This document shows positions 8,702 to 19,689 of a DNA stretch of 64,000 bases, in pieces. The stretch comes from an uncultured Methylococcaceae bacterium. Lineage in GTDB: Bacteria; Pseudomonadota; Gammaproteobacteria; Methylococcales; Methylomonadaceae. The position numbers and the translations under genes were made by a program. The notes below the pieces were generated by a model. That model saw nothing but the letters and a program-made list of their open reading frames with translations. It was not told the DNA's origin and made no database searches. The stretch spans positions 414 to 64,413 of the forward strand of contig CAIYRS010000032.1 of NCBI GenBank assembly GCA_903928685.1, written 5' to 3'. The stretch's first letter is position 1, and each line of letters opens with the position of its first letter.

Positions 8702-10561
8702 TTACTTAGCGGCTTCTAGGGTTTTCGGTTCTTCAGACTGGGAAATCACGGGCGCTGGCGTTGGCTCTGGGGTAGCAAACAAATTGTGGTCAGCAAGGTC
8801 TTCTGGGTTTTTTAAAGCCTCAGCAAGTACCACATCATGCCCGTAAATATCAGGATAAAAAATCAGTTGGTTATCTTGGTCAAAAAAAGCGGTGACATAA
8901 AAAAACAACACGGGGATAGGTTTTTTCAAAATCACCCGCTGCATTTTTTCTGAAGCCATTGCCGCTTTTATTTTTTCTTCATCCCAACCTTTTTGGTTTT
9001 TCAAGGCAAATTCTGCCAATTTTTCCGGATCCGCCACTCTCACGCAGCCGTGGCTAAAATCCCGGCGCGAACGGCTGAACAGCGAGCCGGAAGGGGTGTC
9101 ATGCAAATAGACATCGTCTTTATTCGGGAATAAAAACTTCACTTTCCCCAAGGCGTTTTTATGGCCTGGGCGTTGCCTTACCCTTACAGAACCTTGTTTT
9201 AATTGGCTGATGGTGTTGGCAGAAAAGCTGGTAACGCCAGTGTTTGAAACCAGCTCCATGTTTTCTTTATCCAAAAACCCTGGGTTTTGCAGTAATTTTG
9301 GGATTATTTCGCCCTTGACGATGTTGTAAGGCACGTTCCAATAGGGCATGAAATCAATATAACTCATGTCCGCCATTAATATTGGTGTCTGATTTTTTAA
9401 GGCTTTGCCGACCACCACGCGCATATTGCCGACGGTGGGTTGCAGGGCGTTGATATTGTCGAACGTCCATAGCTGGAAGGCAGGAATGTTGACAATAATC
9501 GATGGCTCGCTGCTTAATTCGGGTAGCCAACGCAAGCGTTCCATCGCCATTTCAATCTGGCTAACCCGCTGGGAAATCGGCGTGTTCAGCTCAACTACGG
9601 TGGATTTACCAATAACGCCATCACCTGCTAAACCGTGGCGATGTTGGAATTTTTTCATCGCCGCCACTAATTTATCCGCATAACGGTTACCAGTGCTTTT
9701 GTCATTGCTGGGCGTTTGTTCCAAGTCCCCAGTTGCTATGAAAAAACGTTTTAAATCTTGGGCTTGGGCAATGCTTTCGCCAGGCCGGACGGAGTGGTCA
9801 AAAGTAAACTGAACCGAAGGGGCTTGGCGGGCTATTTGCCGATAATCCGCCAATATGGTTTTAAGCCGTTGGTATTGTTTTAGTTTTGGCTCAACCAGTG
9901 ATGGTAATTGCGGGATTGATGCTTGGTCGATGCCGCTTTTTATCAGTGCAGGCAGGTCTAACAGGCGTTTTTCCCGCAATTTAAGGTTGAAATTGATGCC
10001 TTGCGGATTAACCCGCCCATAATGCAAATCATGCAAAAACCGCAGTAACGATATGCTCAAGGCGGTATCGTAATTGACTTGTTCGTTGATGTTGCCGGAA
10101 GCCAAAACGTTGGGCAGTTTTTGTTGCAGCGATTGGACATCGTAATTAGCGGCATTTAGGCCATTAGCGTCGGCACTTGCTAACAGCGTCAGTAAATCTT
10201 GGATGTTTTTTTCACTATTGCCATTGGCTAACCAAATTAATTGATAACCGCCCAATTGGTATAAGGCATCTAGGTCATCACTACGGTTGGCAAAATTGGC
10301 AGATTGCAGGAATGGATGTTGTTTGCTGTTAATTACCGCGACAATTTCCACGGCGGTTGGCGACAGTTGGCTTTCAGTGGCTTCTTCGGCGAACCCGGTT
10401 TGCCAGCCCAAAAACACATACAACAAAGCCAGTAAGCGTAAAAAATAAGGTGTCTGCCAAGTTTTTGGATAAGCGGCGTGGTTATGTTTGTGGCTTACAG
10501 CGCAATAGCTGTTAGCTGTTTGGTTATCATGCGCGTATTTTGGGGAAATAGTGATTTGCAT
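8702..10561 (-). CDS. ldtD: L,D-transpeptidase, YcbB/LdtD family, with peptidoglycan-binding domain
   Basis: 619 aa. PG_binding_1-like segment FQHRHGLAGDGVIGKSTV and YkuD catalytic motif SHGCVRV. Convergent with mepK, with stop codons 1 nt apart. Confidence 0.85.
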   Translation of the reverse strand: MQITISPKYAHDNQTANSYCAVSHKHNHAAYPKTWQTPYFLRLLALLYVFLGWQTGFAEEATESQLSPTAVEIVAVINSKQHPFLQSANFANRSDDLDALYQLGGYQLIWLANGNSEKNIQDLLTLLASADANGLNAANYDVQSLQQKLPNVLASGNINEQVNYDTALSISLLRFLHDLHYGRVNPQGINFNLKLREKRLLDLPALIKSGIDQASIPQLPSLVEPKLKQYQRLKTILADYRQIARQAPSVQFTFDHSVRPGESIAQAQDLKRFFIATGDLEQTPSNDKSTGNRYADKLVAAMKKFQHRHGLAGDGVIGKSTVVELNTPISQRVSQIEMAMERLRWLPELSSEPSIIVNIPAFQLWTFDNINALQPTVGNMRVVVGKALKNQTPILMADMSYIDFMPYWNVPYNIVKGEIIPKLLQNPGFLDKENMELVSNTGVTSFSANTISQLKQGSVRVRQRPGHKNALGKVKFLFPNKDDVYLHDTPSGSLFSRSRRDFSHGCVRVADPEKLAEFALKNQKGWDEEKIKAAMASEKMQRVILKKPIPVLFFYVTAFFDQDNQLIFYPDIYGHDVVLAEALKNPEDLADHNLFATPEPTPAPVISQSEEPKTLEAAK

Positions 10562-10865
10562 AACCTACACGTTATTTGAAAAGGCTTGTTTGGAAATAGG
10601 GTGTTTTCAGTCGGCGTAGGGTTCATTGCACTAAATTGTTGCCGTACCTGCATTTACAGCGTTTTTGGCAGTTAATCAGCTAAGGGCAAGAACCTTACTA
10701 TTTTTCATGGACTTAATGGCGATTATTCTACACTATCTTAGCTCAGAATACTGATGGCAAAATGCGTAAAAGTTTTTTACAGAGGATAGGATTTGGCTTG
10801 TACGGCGCTATTTTCACCGCCAAATAGCGGTTCGCAGCGATTTTTAAGAATGCGATAAAGCGGAG

Positions 10866-10891
10866 GCATTTGCCCCTGTTAGGGCAAATGC
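10866..10891 (-). terminator. hairpin overlapping the lpd stop codon (candidate suc operon terminator)
   Basis: On the minus strand GCATTTGCCC-taaca-GGGGCAAATGC forms a 10-bp stem that includes the TAA stop. The trailing T tract is weak. Confidence 0.4.
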
Positions 10892-12327
10892 AAAGTGCGT
10901 TTTTTTAAAGCCAAAGCGGCTTCGTGTAAGGTTTCAGATAAGGTGGGATGGACGTGGATAGTACGCGCTAAATCTTCACTGCTGGCGGAATATTCCATTG
11001 CCAGCACCGCTTCGGCAATCATTTCTGATGCGCCTGCGCCGATAATATGGACACCAAGAATGTTGTCGGTTTCGGCATCGGTGATGATTTTTACTAGGCC
11101 GTCAGTTTTGCCAATGGCTTGGGCGCGGGCAATGGCGCTAAAGGGAAATGATCCGGTTTTGATGGCGATACCCATCGCTTTCAACGCTTGTTCGGTTTGC
11201 CCAACCCAAGCAATTTCCGGATCGGTATAAATAACGCTGGGGATGGTGCCATAGTTAATGTCGCTATGCAGGCCAGCGATTTGTTCAGCCACGAACACAC
11301 CTTCTTCTATGCCTTTATGGGCAAGCATCGGCCCTAGCAAGGTCAGGTCGCCAATCGCGTAAACACTAGGCAAATTGGTGCGGCAATTTTCATCAACATG
11401 CACATAGCCCGTCTCATCCAATAAAAGATTGGCTTCTGGGGCGGCGAGGTTTTCGGTGTTGGGTTTGCGGCCTGATGCCACGATCAGTTTGTCTACCCGC
11501 AGGGTGTGCGTGCCTTCTTGATCTTGGTATTCAACCGCAACCCGTTTAGGGCCTTTTTTGGCGGCAATAACCCGTGCACCTAAGCGTAAATCAAAGCCTT
11601 GGCGGGTGAATATCCGATAAGCTTCTCTGGCGATTTGGTGGTCAGGTAAGGGCAAGAAGGTTTCTTGGGCATCCAATAAAATTGTTTCTGAGCCTAGGCG
11701 ATTCCAAATGCTCGCCAATTCCAAGCCGATAACACCCGCGCCGATGATGGCGATTTTTTTCGGTAACTCCGCCATGTTGAGGGCAGCAAAAGAATCAATA
11801 ATGTATTCATTGTCGATTTTCGCGCAGCTAAGTTGGATAGGCGAAGAGCCTGTCGCCAAGACGATATGTTTGGCGGTGAGGGTAGCGGGGATGTTGTCGG
11901 CATCGCTGGGGCTACTTGGGGTAAGTGCAATCTCTTTGTTTTTAAGCAGTTTGGCGCGGGCGCGGATATGGTCGATTTTATGGTGAGTGAACAACTCGCC
12001 AATTTTGTGGCTGAGTTTATTGATGATCTGGTCTTTGCGTCCGACCATTTGGGCAAGATCAACGCGGACATTGTCCGCGTAAATGCCATGTTGCTGGATT
12101 TCTTGTTGCAATGAATGGTAAAGCTTGGCGGATTCCAATAAGGTCAGCGAGGCTACGCACCCGGCATTAAGATGCGCGCCACCCAACGGCGTTAGCCCTT
12201 GGCTGTTTCGCCAATTGTCGATGCAAGCGGTTTTTAGGCCTAATTGCGCGGAACGGATGGCGCAAGAGTAACCTGCTGGGCCTGCGCCGATAATGATGAC
12301 ATCATACTGGGTGGTTTTTTTTGTCAT
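10879..12327 (-). CDS. lpd: dihydrolipoyl dehydrogenase homologue (E3, LpdG type) with a non-canonical active-site segment
   Basis: FAD motif GAGPAGY, NAD motif IGAGVIGLE and the C-terminal HPTLSE His-Glu dyad are conserved. The redox-disulfide segment reads GGAHLNAGCVASLTLL instead of GGTCLNVGCIPSKALL. It lies last in the sucA-sucB operon. Confidence 0.85.
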   Translation of the reverse strand: MTKKTTQYDVIIIGAGPAGYSCAIRSAQLGLKTACIDNWRNSQGLTPLGGAHLNAGCVASLTLLESAKLYHSLQQEIQQHGIYADNVRVDLAQMVGRKDQIINKLSHKIGELFTHHKIDHIRARAKLLKNKEIALTPSSPSDADNIPATLTAKHIVLATGSSPIQLSCAKIDNEYIIDSFAALNMAELPKKIAIIGAGVIGLELASIWNRLGSETILLDAQETFLPLPDHQIAREAYRIFTRQGFDLRLGARVIAAKKGPKRVAVEYQDQEGTHTLRVDKLIVASGRKPNTENLAAPEANLLLDETGYVHVDENCRTNLPSVYAIGDLTLLGPMLAHKGIEEGVFVAEQIAGLHSDINYGTIPSVIYTDPEIAWVGQTEQALKAMGIAIKTGSFPFSAIARAQAIGKTDGLVKIITDAETDNILGVHIIGAGASEMIAEAVLAMEYSASSEDLARTIHVHPTLSETLHEAALALKKRTLHLP

Positions 12328-12329
12328 GA

Positions 12330-13562
12330 TTAAATATTAAGAAGAAGGTGAGCGGGTGCTTCCAAGCATTCTTTAATAGTGACCAAAAATTGTACCGCTT
12401 CACGTCCGTCTACTAAGCGATGGTCGTAAGATAAGGCCAGATACATAATCGGGCGGATGACGATTTGTCCGTTTTCTACCACGGCTCGTTCTTTTATGGC
12501 GTGCATCCCTAAAATGGCGCATTGCGGTGGGTTTAAGATGGGTGTTGATAACATCGAACCAAACACGCCGCCATTGGTGATGGTAAACGTGCCGCCTTTT
12601 AAATCGTCATAATTTAACGTGCCAGCGCGGGCTTTTTCGCCGTAATTGACGATGCTTTTTTCGATGCCAGCAAAATCCAATTGGTCGGCATCTTGGATGA
12701 CAGGCACGATTAGGCCGCGCGGTGTGCTGACGGCAATGCCTAAATCGTAATAGCCGTGATAAATAATGTCGTTGCCGTCAATGGAGGCGTTGATGGCAGG
12801 GAATTTTTTTAATGCTTCGATGGAGGCTTTAACAAAAAACGACATAAACCCCAGTTTGACGGCGTGTTTTTGTTCAAAACGGGTTTTGTATTGGTTACGC
12901 AAATCCATGACGTTTTGCATGTTGACTTCGTTAAAGGTGGTCAACATCGCGGCATTTTGTTGCGCTTGCAGTAATCGCTCGGCAACTTTTGCCCGTAAGC
13001 GTGTCATTGGTACACGTTGTTCGGGGCGCAAATTAGAAGCCGCAGCCGCCACTGTGCTGGTGGCAATGGCTATCGGGGCAATCGCTTCAGGTACGGCTTC
13101 TTTGCTTGGTGTAACAACGGCAGCTGCTTCAGCTGCTGGGGCTTGTTTGCTGAGGTGATCCAGCACATCGGTTTTAGTTAGTCGACCGCTTTTGCCAGTA
13201 CCGGTAATTTCCGCTGGGTTTAGGGTGTTTTCACTAATCAAACGCCGTACTGACGGGCTTAATGGCATGTCAGCGGTATTTTCTGCCGCAACTTCGGCAG
13301 GTGTGCTGGCTGCTACGGCAGTGCCTGCGGCGGCTAAGACGGCTAATAATTCGCCGCTGGTAACCACGGTGCCGTTGTCTTTTAGTATCTGGGTAAGTAT
13401 GCCGGATTCTGGTGCGGTGACTTCCAAAACCACTTTGTCCGTTTCCAAATCGACCAAATTATCGTTTTTGTTGACGCTATCGCCGACTTGCTTGTGCCAA
13501 GTGATTAGCGTGGCATCGGCAACGGATTCGGGGAGGTTGGGGACTAAAACTTCAATGCTCAT
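12330..13562 (-). CDS. sucB: dihydrolipoamide succinyltransferase (E2 of 2-oxoglutarate dehydrogenase)
   Basis: Single lipoyl domain with [10 protein letters not shown], an Ala/Pro-rich linker and the catalytic motif [12 protein letters not shown]. Its ATG overlaps the sucA stop (ATGA). Confidence 0.93.
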   Translation of the reverse strand: MSIEVLVPNLPESVADATLITWHKQVGDSVNKNDNLVDLETDKVVLEVTAPESGILTQILKDNGTVVTSGELLAVLAAAGTAVAASTPAEVAAENTADMPLSPSVRRLISENTLNPAEITGTGKSGRLTKTDVLDHLSKQAPAAEAAAVVTPSKEAVPEAIAPIAIATSTVAAAASNLRPEQRVPMTRLRAKVAERLLQAQQNAAMLTTFNEVNMQNVMDLRNQYKTRFEQKHAVKLGFMSFFVKASIEALKKFPAINASIDGNDIIYHGYYDLGIAVSTPRGLIVPVIQDADQLDFAGIEKSIVNYGEKARAGTLNYDDLKGGTFTITNGGVFGSMLSTPILNPPQCAILGMHAIKERAVVENGQIVIRPIMYLALSYDHRLVDGREAVQFLVTIKECLEAPAHLLLNI

Positions 13563-16390
13563 GGTTGGTTTCCTGAAGGTTTTCCGTATAAGGCGGAGTG
13601 TACGACAGCTTTTTGTTGGTCGATATGGACGTGAAAATTGCCTACAGCGGGTGACGCCGATGGCGGTCTGCCTGCGTAGGTTACTTTAATGGTTGGCGGC
13701 AGGTTATCGCTAAAATGATGGCTGGAGTTATACCAAGCACCTTGATTTTTAGGTTCTTCCTGACACCAGATAAATTCTTGCAAATTAGGGTATTTGGCGA
13801 TTTCTGCTTTGAACGCTTCCAAAGGGAATGGATACAACTGTTCAATGCGGGCAATCGCGACATGTTTTAGATCGTCTTCGCGGCGGGCTTCCAGTAAGTC
13901 GTAATAGACTTTGCCCGCGCAAAATACTAGTCGTGTGATTTTTTTGTTACTGACTTTATCTACCTCGCCAATAATGGTTTGGAATTGTCCGTTGCTTAAG
14001 TCTTCCAAGGTTGAAATCGCCAGTTTATGGCGTAACAAACTTTTGGGGCTCATGATAATTAACGGTTTGCGATAAGGGCGCAACACTTGGCGGCGCAACA
14101 AATGGAAAATTTGCGCGGGCGTGGTTGGATAGCACACTTGCATATTGTGTTCGGCACACAATTGCAGATAACGCTCTAATCGGGCGGAAGAATGTTCTGG
14201 GCCTTGGCCTTCAAAACCATGTGGCAATAACATCACCAAGCCGCATAACCGTCCCCATTTGGTTTCCCCGGAGCTGATGAATTGGTCGATCAGCACTTGT
14301 GCGCCGTTGGCGAAATCACCAAATTGCGCTTCCCAAATCACCAAAGTGTTTGGCGTGGTGGTGCTGTAGCCGTATTCAAAGCCCAGTACACCTGCTTCGG
14401 AAAGTAAGGAATCGAAAATCTGCGCTTGGCCTTGGTCTTTATCCAGGTGCTTTAATGGTGTGTAGGTTTTGTTGTTGATTTGGTTATGCAGTACCGCATG
14501 GCGATGCACAAAAGTACCGCGACCGACATCTTGTCCGGTGATGCGGATGTGGTGTTTTTCTAGCACTAAGGTGCCGTAGGCCATGTTTTCGGCAAATCCC
14601 CAGTCCAAAGGCATTGCCCCAGCCGCCATTTTGCGGCGGTTATCCATGACTTTAGCAACCCGTGGGTGCAATTCAAAGCCCGTCGGCAGGCGTAACATGC
14701 GGTCATTGCAGAACCTTAGCCGATCTAGCGTCACCGAGGTGTTGCATGGCGTAGTCCAACTTTTATTGAGGAATTGCTGCCATTGGCTGTTGTAGGTGTA
14801 GTTTTCGTTTTCCAATACCGGACGCGAGACGATTTCACCCGCTTCCAACAGATTTTGGTAATCTTGCTGCATAGCGGCGCATTGCTCGGTGGTCATGACG
14901 CCTTCAGCAACCAATTGTTCCGCGTAAAGTTTGCGCGTGGTTTTGTGCTTGCGGATTTTTTTGTACATCGCTGGCTGGGTCGCCGCTGGCTCATCCGCTT
15001 CGTTGTGACCTAGCCTGCGGTAACAGATCAGGTCAATCACCACGTCTTGGTGGAAATTCATTCGGTAATCTACCGCTAATTGGGTGACGAACAGCACCGC
15101 TTCTGGATCATCGCCGTTAACGTGGAATACCGGTGCTTGGATCATTCTGGCGACATCGGTGCAGTAGGGTGTGGAGCGGGCATCGAGCGGATTGCTGGTA
15201 GTGAAGCCAATTTGATTGTTGATGACCACGTGAATCGTGCCGCCCGTAGAAAAGGCGCGGGTTTGTGACATATTCAGGGTTTCCATGACGATGCCTTGGC
15301 CTGAAAATGCCGCATCACCGTGGATAAGAATCGGTACGACGGTGTTTTTGCCGTTTTCTCCCGCGCGGTCTTGACGGGCTTTTACCGAGCCTTCCACTAC
15401 TGGATTGATGATTTCCAAGTGCGACGGGTTAAAGGCCAGTGCCAAATGCACTGGGCCGCCCGGAGTGTTTAAGTTGGAAGAAAAGCCCATGTGGTATTTG
15501 ACGTCGCCGGAACGCATCCCCGGTGCTAGGGTGTAATTGCCTGCGAATTCATCAAACAAGCTGGCGGGGCTTTTGCCTAAAATATTGACCAAGACATTTA
15601 AGCGACCGCGATGCGCCATGCCGATAACCATTTCTTTTACGCCTTTTTCGCCGGAACGCTGGATCAGCTCATCCAAGATCGGGATTAGCGATTCCCCGCC
15701 TTCTAAAGAAAAGCGTTTTTGCCCGACAAACTTGTTTTGCAAATGAGTTTCTATGCCTTCTGCCGCCGTCAGCAATTTTAATGTCCAGCGTTTCTGTTCG
15801 GGGCTGAGTGCCAATTTGGCTTTGCTGCTTTCCAAGCGGTTAATCAGCCAGCGACGGGTGGGCGTATCGTCAATGTGCATGTATTCCGCACCGATACTGC
15901 CGCAATAGATAGTCCGCAGGTTCGCCAAGATTTGCCGTAACGGCAAGCGGTCTTGTCCGTGCATTAAGCCCGTATCGAATAGCGTGTCCATGTCCGGTTC
16001 TGACAAACCATAGTAAGACGGTTCCATGTCCGGCGGCGGCGGGGTGGTTTTGCCCAGCGGGTTGTTATTGGCAATTTGATGGCCACGCACCCGATAATGG
16101 TTAATCAATCGGGCTACTGCCGATTGTTTTTTAACGCTTTCCTCGGTAAAACCTTGCAGTTGCGCTAATCGGCCTGGCGATTGGCTAGCAAGTTCGCTAA
16201 AGCGGGCAACGATCGGGCTATGTGGGGTGTCGGCGGTGGCTTGCGGGCGCAAAGCTTTAAAATGTTGTTGCCAACTTACGTCAACGGATTCCGGGTTTTC
16301 CAGATAGCGTTCGTAAAGGTCTTCAATAAAAGTGGCATTGCTGCCGTAGAAAGAGGAGGAGTCTTGGAATTGTTTTAGCAGATTACTCAT
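13559..16390 (-). CDS. sucA: 2-oxoglutarate dehydrogenase E1 component
   Basis: 943 aa from the ATG at 16390 ([16 protein letters not shown]...). ThDP-region motif [18 protein letters not shown]. The ORF-track start at 16420 adds 10 unlikely residues. Confidence 0.93.
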   Translation of the reverse strand: MSNLLKQFQDSSSFYGSNATFIEDLYERYLENPESVDVSWQQHFKALRPQATADTPHSPIVARFSELASQSPGRLAQLQGFTEESVKKQSAVARLINHYRVRGHQIANNNPLGKTTPPPPDMEPSYYGLSEPDMDTLFDTGLMHGQDRLPLRQILANLRTIYCGSIGAEYMHIDDTPTRRWLINRLESSKAKLALSPEQKRWTLKLLTAAEGIETHLQNKFVGQKRFSLEGGESLIPILDELIQRSGEKGVKEMVIGMAHRGRLNVLVNILGKSPASLFDEFAGNYTLAPGMRSGDVKYHMGFSSNLNTPGGPVHLALAFNPSHLEIINPVVEGSVKARQDRAGENGKNTVVPILIHGDAAFSGQGIVMETLNMSQTRAFSTGGTIHVVINNQIGFTTSNPLDARSTPYCTDVARMIQAPVFHVNGDDPEAVLFVTQLAVDYRMNFHQDVVIDLICYRRLGHNEADEPAATQPAMYKKIRKHKTTRKLYAEQLVAEGVMTTEQCAAMQQDYQNLLEAGEIVSRPVLENENYTYNSQWQQFLNKSWTTPCNTSVTLDRLRFCNDRMLRLPTGFELHPRVAKVMDNRRKMAAGAMPLDWGFAENMAYGTLVLEKHHIRITGQDVGRGTFVHRHAVLHNQINNKTYTPLKHLDKDQGQAQIFDSLLSEAGVLGFEYGYSTTTPNTLVIWEAQFGDFANGAQVLIDQFISSGETKWGRLCGLVMLLPHGFEGQGPEHSSARLERYLQLCAEHNMQVCYPTTPAQIFHLLRRQVLRPYRKPLIIMSPKSLLRHKLAISTLEDLSNGQFQTIIGEVDKVSNKKITRLVFCAGKVYYDLLEARREDDLKHVAIARIEQLYPFPLEAFKAEIAKYPNLQEFIWCQEEPKNQGAWYNSSHHFSDNLPPTIKVTYAGRPPSASPAVGNFHVHIDQQKAVVHSALYGKPSGNQP

Positions 16391-16446
16391 TAGGTTTATC
16401 CGGATGATACGCACGGACACTATAGTACCAATCTATAGCGGCTAGG

Positions 16447-16477
16447 TTCATTAAAAATATGGGATATTTTTAATGAA
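16447..16477. promoter_or_regulatory. perfect 14-bp inverted repeat (candidate operator) upstream of sucA
   Basis: TTCATTAAAAATAT-ggg-ATATTTTTAATGAA. It sits 57-87 nt upstream of the sucA start, in the sucA/adk divergent region. Confidence 0.35.
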
Positions 16478-16755
16478 AGGCAAGGAGAATGAGAAAAAGC
16501 TGGCGTTTGGGTAAAGTGGTATTGGCGCACTGAATTAAGCGAGGCTGTAGTAAATTGCCAAAAAACAAAATTTTGTACATTTTTTCAAACAGTTTCCCTA
16601 TGAACTGTTATAGAATATCTACCTATTTTTCAGCAATATAAAGGGCTATGCTGCGGTAATCGCCGAGTTTTTTAACCGGAAGTTAGAAGCTAGGTTTTTA
16701 TAAAATTTTGCCCATACAACTATAAAATCAAAAAGTTATACAACGGAGTTAGTAA

Positions 16756-17391
<636 letters not shown>

Positions 17392-17395
17392 GAAA

Positions 17396-18799
17396 ATGGC
17401 TGGCAAAACCTTATACGACAAATTATGGGAAGACCACATCGTCCATACGGAAGAGGATGGTTCAACGTTAATTTATATTGACCGCCATTTGTTGCATGAA
17501 GTCACTTCGCCACAAGCCTTTGAGGGATTGCGTATAGCTGGGCGTGGCGTTTGGCAGGCGGCGAGGAATCTTGCGGTTGCTGACCATAATGTCCCTACGG
17601 CAGATCGGGATCAGGGTATTGCTGATCCGGTTTCCCGCTTGCAGGTTGAAACCTTGGATAAAAATTGCACTGAATTTGGCATTACCGAATTTGATATGAA
17701 TGATGCCCGCCAAGGTATTGTGCATGTGATTGGCCCAGAGCAAGGCGCAACTTTGCCGGGTATGACTGTCGTTTGTGGGGATTCCCACACTTCCACCCAC
17801 GGTGCATCAGGCGCGTTAGCTTTCGGCATCGGCACATCGGAAGTGGAGCATGTTTTGGCAACCCAATGCTTGGTTGCAAAAAAAGCTAAGAATATGTTGG
17901 TTAAGGTCAACGGTGATGTCGGTTTTGGCGTCACAGCTAAAGACATCGTTTTGGCAATCATTGGTAAAATCGGCACGGCTGGTGGCAATGGTTACACCAT
18001 AGAATTTGCGGGTTCGGCAATCAGTGCGCTGTCTATGGAAGGCCGGATGACAGTTTGCAATATGGCAATCGAGGCAGGTGCGCGAGCTGGCTTGGTGGCA
18101 GTGGATGACATCACTATCCAGTATTACCAAGGCCGTCCGTATTCACCCAAAGGTGACGATTGGTATATGGCGGAACGCTTGTGGCAAGATTTGCACTCCG
18201 ATGCCGACGCGGTGTTTGATAACGTTGTTGAGTTAGATGCTGCTAGTATCAAGCCACAAGTAACCTGGGGAACATCGCCAGAATTGGTGGTGGCGATTGA
18301 TGACAATGTCCCCGATCCGGCTTTGGAAATTGACCCAGTCAAACAACAAAGCATGCAGCGGGCATTGGCGTATATGGGCCTGCAAGCTGGTCAAGCAATT
18401 ACCGATATTGCTGTTGATAAGGTCTTTATTGGTTCTTGTACTAATTCTCGCATTGAAGATTTACGCGCGGCAGCTGCTGTTGCTGAAGGTAAAAAAGTCG
18501 CCGCCACGATTAAGCAAGCTTTAGTTGTGCCTGGTTCTGGCTTGGTGAAGCAGCAAGCAGAAGCAGAGGGCTTGGATAAGATTTTCTTAGCCGCCGGATT
18601 TGAATGGCGTGAGCCAGGTTGCTCCATGTGTTTGGCAATGAATGCTGACCGATTGGAAGCGGGTGAGCGTTGTGCTTCCACGTCCAACCGCAATTTTGAA
18701 GGCCGTCAAGGCTATGGCGGCAGAACCCATTTGGTAAGCCCTGCTATGGCGGCAGCGGCAGCAATTGCTGGGCATTTTGCCGATGTGCGTTATTTATAA
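17396..18799 (+). CDS. leuC: 3-isopropylmalate dehydratase large subunit
   Basis: Aconitase-family Fe-S ligand motifs [11 protein letters not shown] and CSMCLAMN. 467 aa. Confidence 0.95.
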   Translation: MAGKTLYDKLWEDHIVHTEEDGSTLIYIDRHLLHEVTSPQAFEGLRIAGRGVWQAARNLAVADHNVPTADRDQGIADPVSRLQVETLDKNCTEFGITEFDMNDARQGIVHVIGPEQGATLPGMTVVCGDSHTSTHGASGALAFGIGTSEVEHVLATQCLVAKKAKNMLVKVNGDVGFGVTAKDIVLAIIGKIGTAGGNGYTIEFAGSAISALSMEGRMTVCNMAIEAGARAGLVAVDDITIQYYQGRPYSPKGDDWYMAERLWQDLHSDADAVFDNVVELDAASIKPQVTWGTSPELVVAIDDNVPDPALEIDPVKQQSMQRALAYMGLQAGQAITDIAVDKVFIGSCTNSRIEDLRAAAAVAEGKKVAATIKQALVVPGSGLVKQQAEAEGLDKIFLAAGFEWREPGCSMCLAMNADRLEAGERCASTSNRNFEGRQGYGGRTHLVSPAMAAAAAIAGHFADVRYL

Positions 18800-18824
18800 A
18801 ACCATTGCTTAAAAGGGAATAACT

Positions 18825-18938
18825 TTGAATGCTCGTATAATTTTGATATTAGTGTTTCTTGCGCTTGCTGGCTGCAATACCTTGCATGGTATTGGCAAAG
18901 ATATTCAAAAAGTCGGCGAAGTTATTCAAAAATCTTAA
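18825..18938 (+). CDS. entericidin EcnA/B-family small lipoprotein (37 aa, absent from the ORF track)
   Basis: TTG start 7 nt after the RBS aaggga. Translation is MNARIILILVFLALAGCNTLHGIGKDIQKVGEVIQKS, with lipobox LAGC followed by the NT-x2-G-x-GKD pattern typical of entericidins. Confidence 0.6.
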   Translation: MNARIILILVFLALAGCNTLHGIGKDIQKVGEVIQKS

Positions 18939-18986
18939 CTGCAACTTTCTTATGCCAGTGATAACTGGCCCAATCACTAAAACACT

Positions 18987-19625
18987 ATGCAAGCTTTTAC
19001 CATATTGACCGGATTGGTAGCGCCCTTAGATAGGGCAAATGTCGATACCGATGCCATTATTCCCAAACAATTTCTAAAATCGATTAAAAGGGCGGGTTTT
19101 GGCCCGTATCTATTTGATGAGTGGCGCTATCTGGATCATGGTGAACCGGATATGGATTGTACAAACAGGCCGCTTAATCCGGATTTTGTCCTTAACAAAC
19201 CTGCCTATCAAGGCGCAAAAATCTTGTTGACGCGAGAAAACTTCGGCTGTGGCTCATCACGGGAACATGCACCTTGGGCGTTAGAAGATTTTGGTTTTCG
19301 CGCTATTATTGCTACCAGTTTTGCTGATATTTTTTACAACAACTGTTTTAAAAATGGCTTGTTGCCCATTACTCTTGCCAGCGATGTCATCGATGGATTG
19401 TTTCAAGATTTGCAGCCAGAATATCAATTGACTATTGATTTGTTGGCGCAAAAAATTATCACGCCAACAGGCGTCGCCATTGACTTTGATATTGATGGTG
19501 CACGCAAATACCGATTATTGAATGGCTTGGATGATATAGGCTTATCATTGCAACACGCCGCAGCGATAAAAGCCTATGAATCAGCAAGGAAAACACGCGC
19601 CCCTTGGTTATTTGCGGATTGTTAA
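18987..19625 (+). CDS. leuD: 3-isopropylmalate dehydratase small subunit
   Basis: 212 aa with typical LeuD sequence ([15 protein letters not shown]). Follows leuC. Confidence 0.95.
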   Translation: MQAFTILTGLVAPLDRANVDTDAIIPKQFLKSIKRAGFGPYLFDEWRYLDHGEPDMDCTNRPLNPDFVLNKPAYQGAKILLTRENFGCGSSREHAPWALEDFGFRAIIATSFADIFYNNCFKNGLLPITLASDVIDGLFQDLQPEYQLTIDLLAQKIITPTGVAIDFDIDGARKYRLLNGLDDIGLSLQHAAAIKAYESARKTRAPWLFADC

Positions 19626-19689
19626 ATTATTAAAAAGGCTTTGCTTATTGTTTCGGCAAAACCACTTTTGAAAAGTAAAAAGGTTTTAA

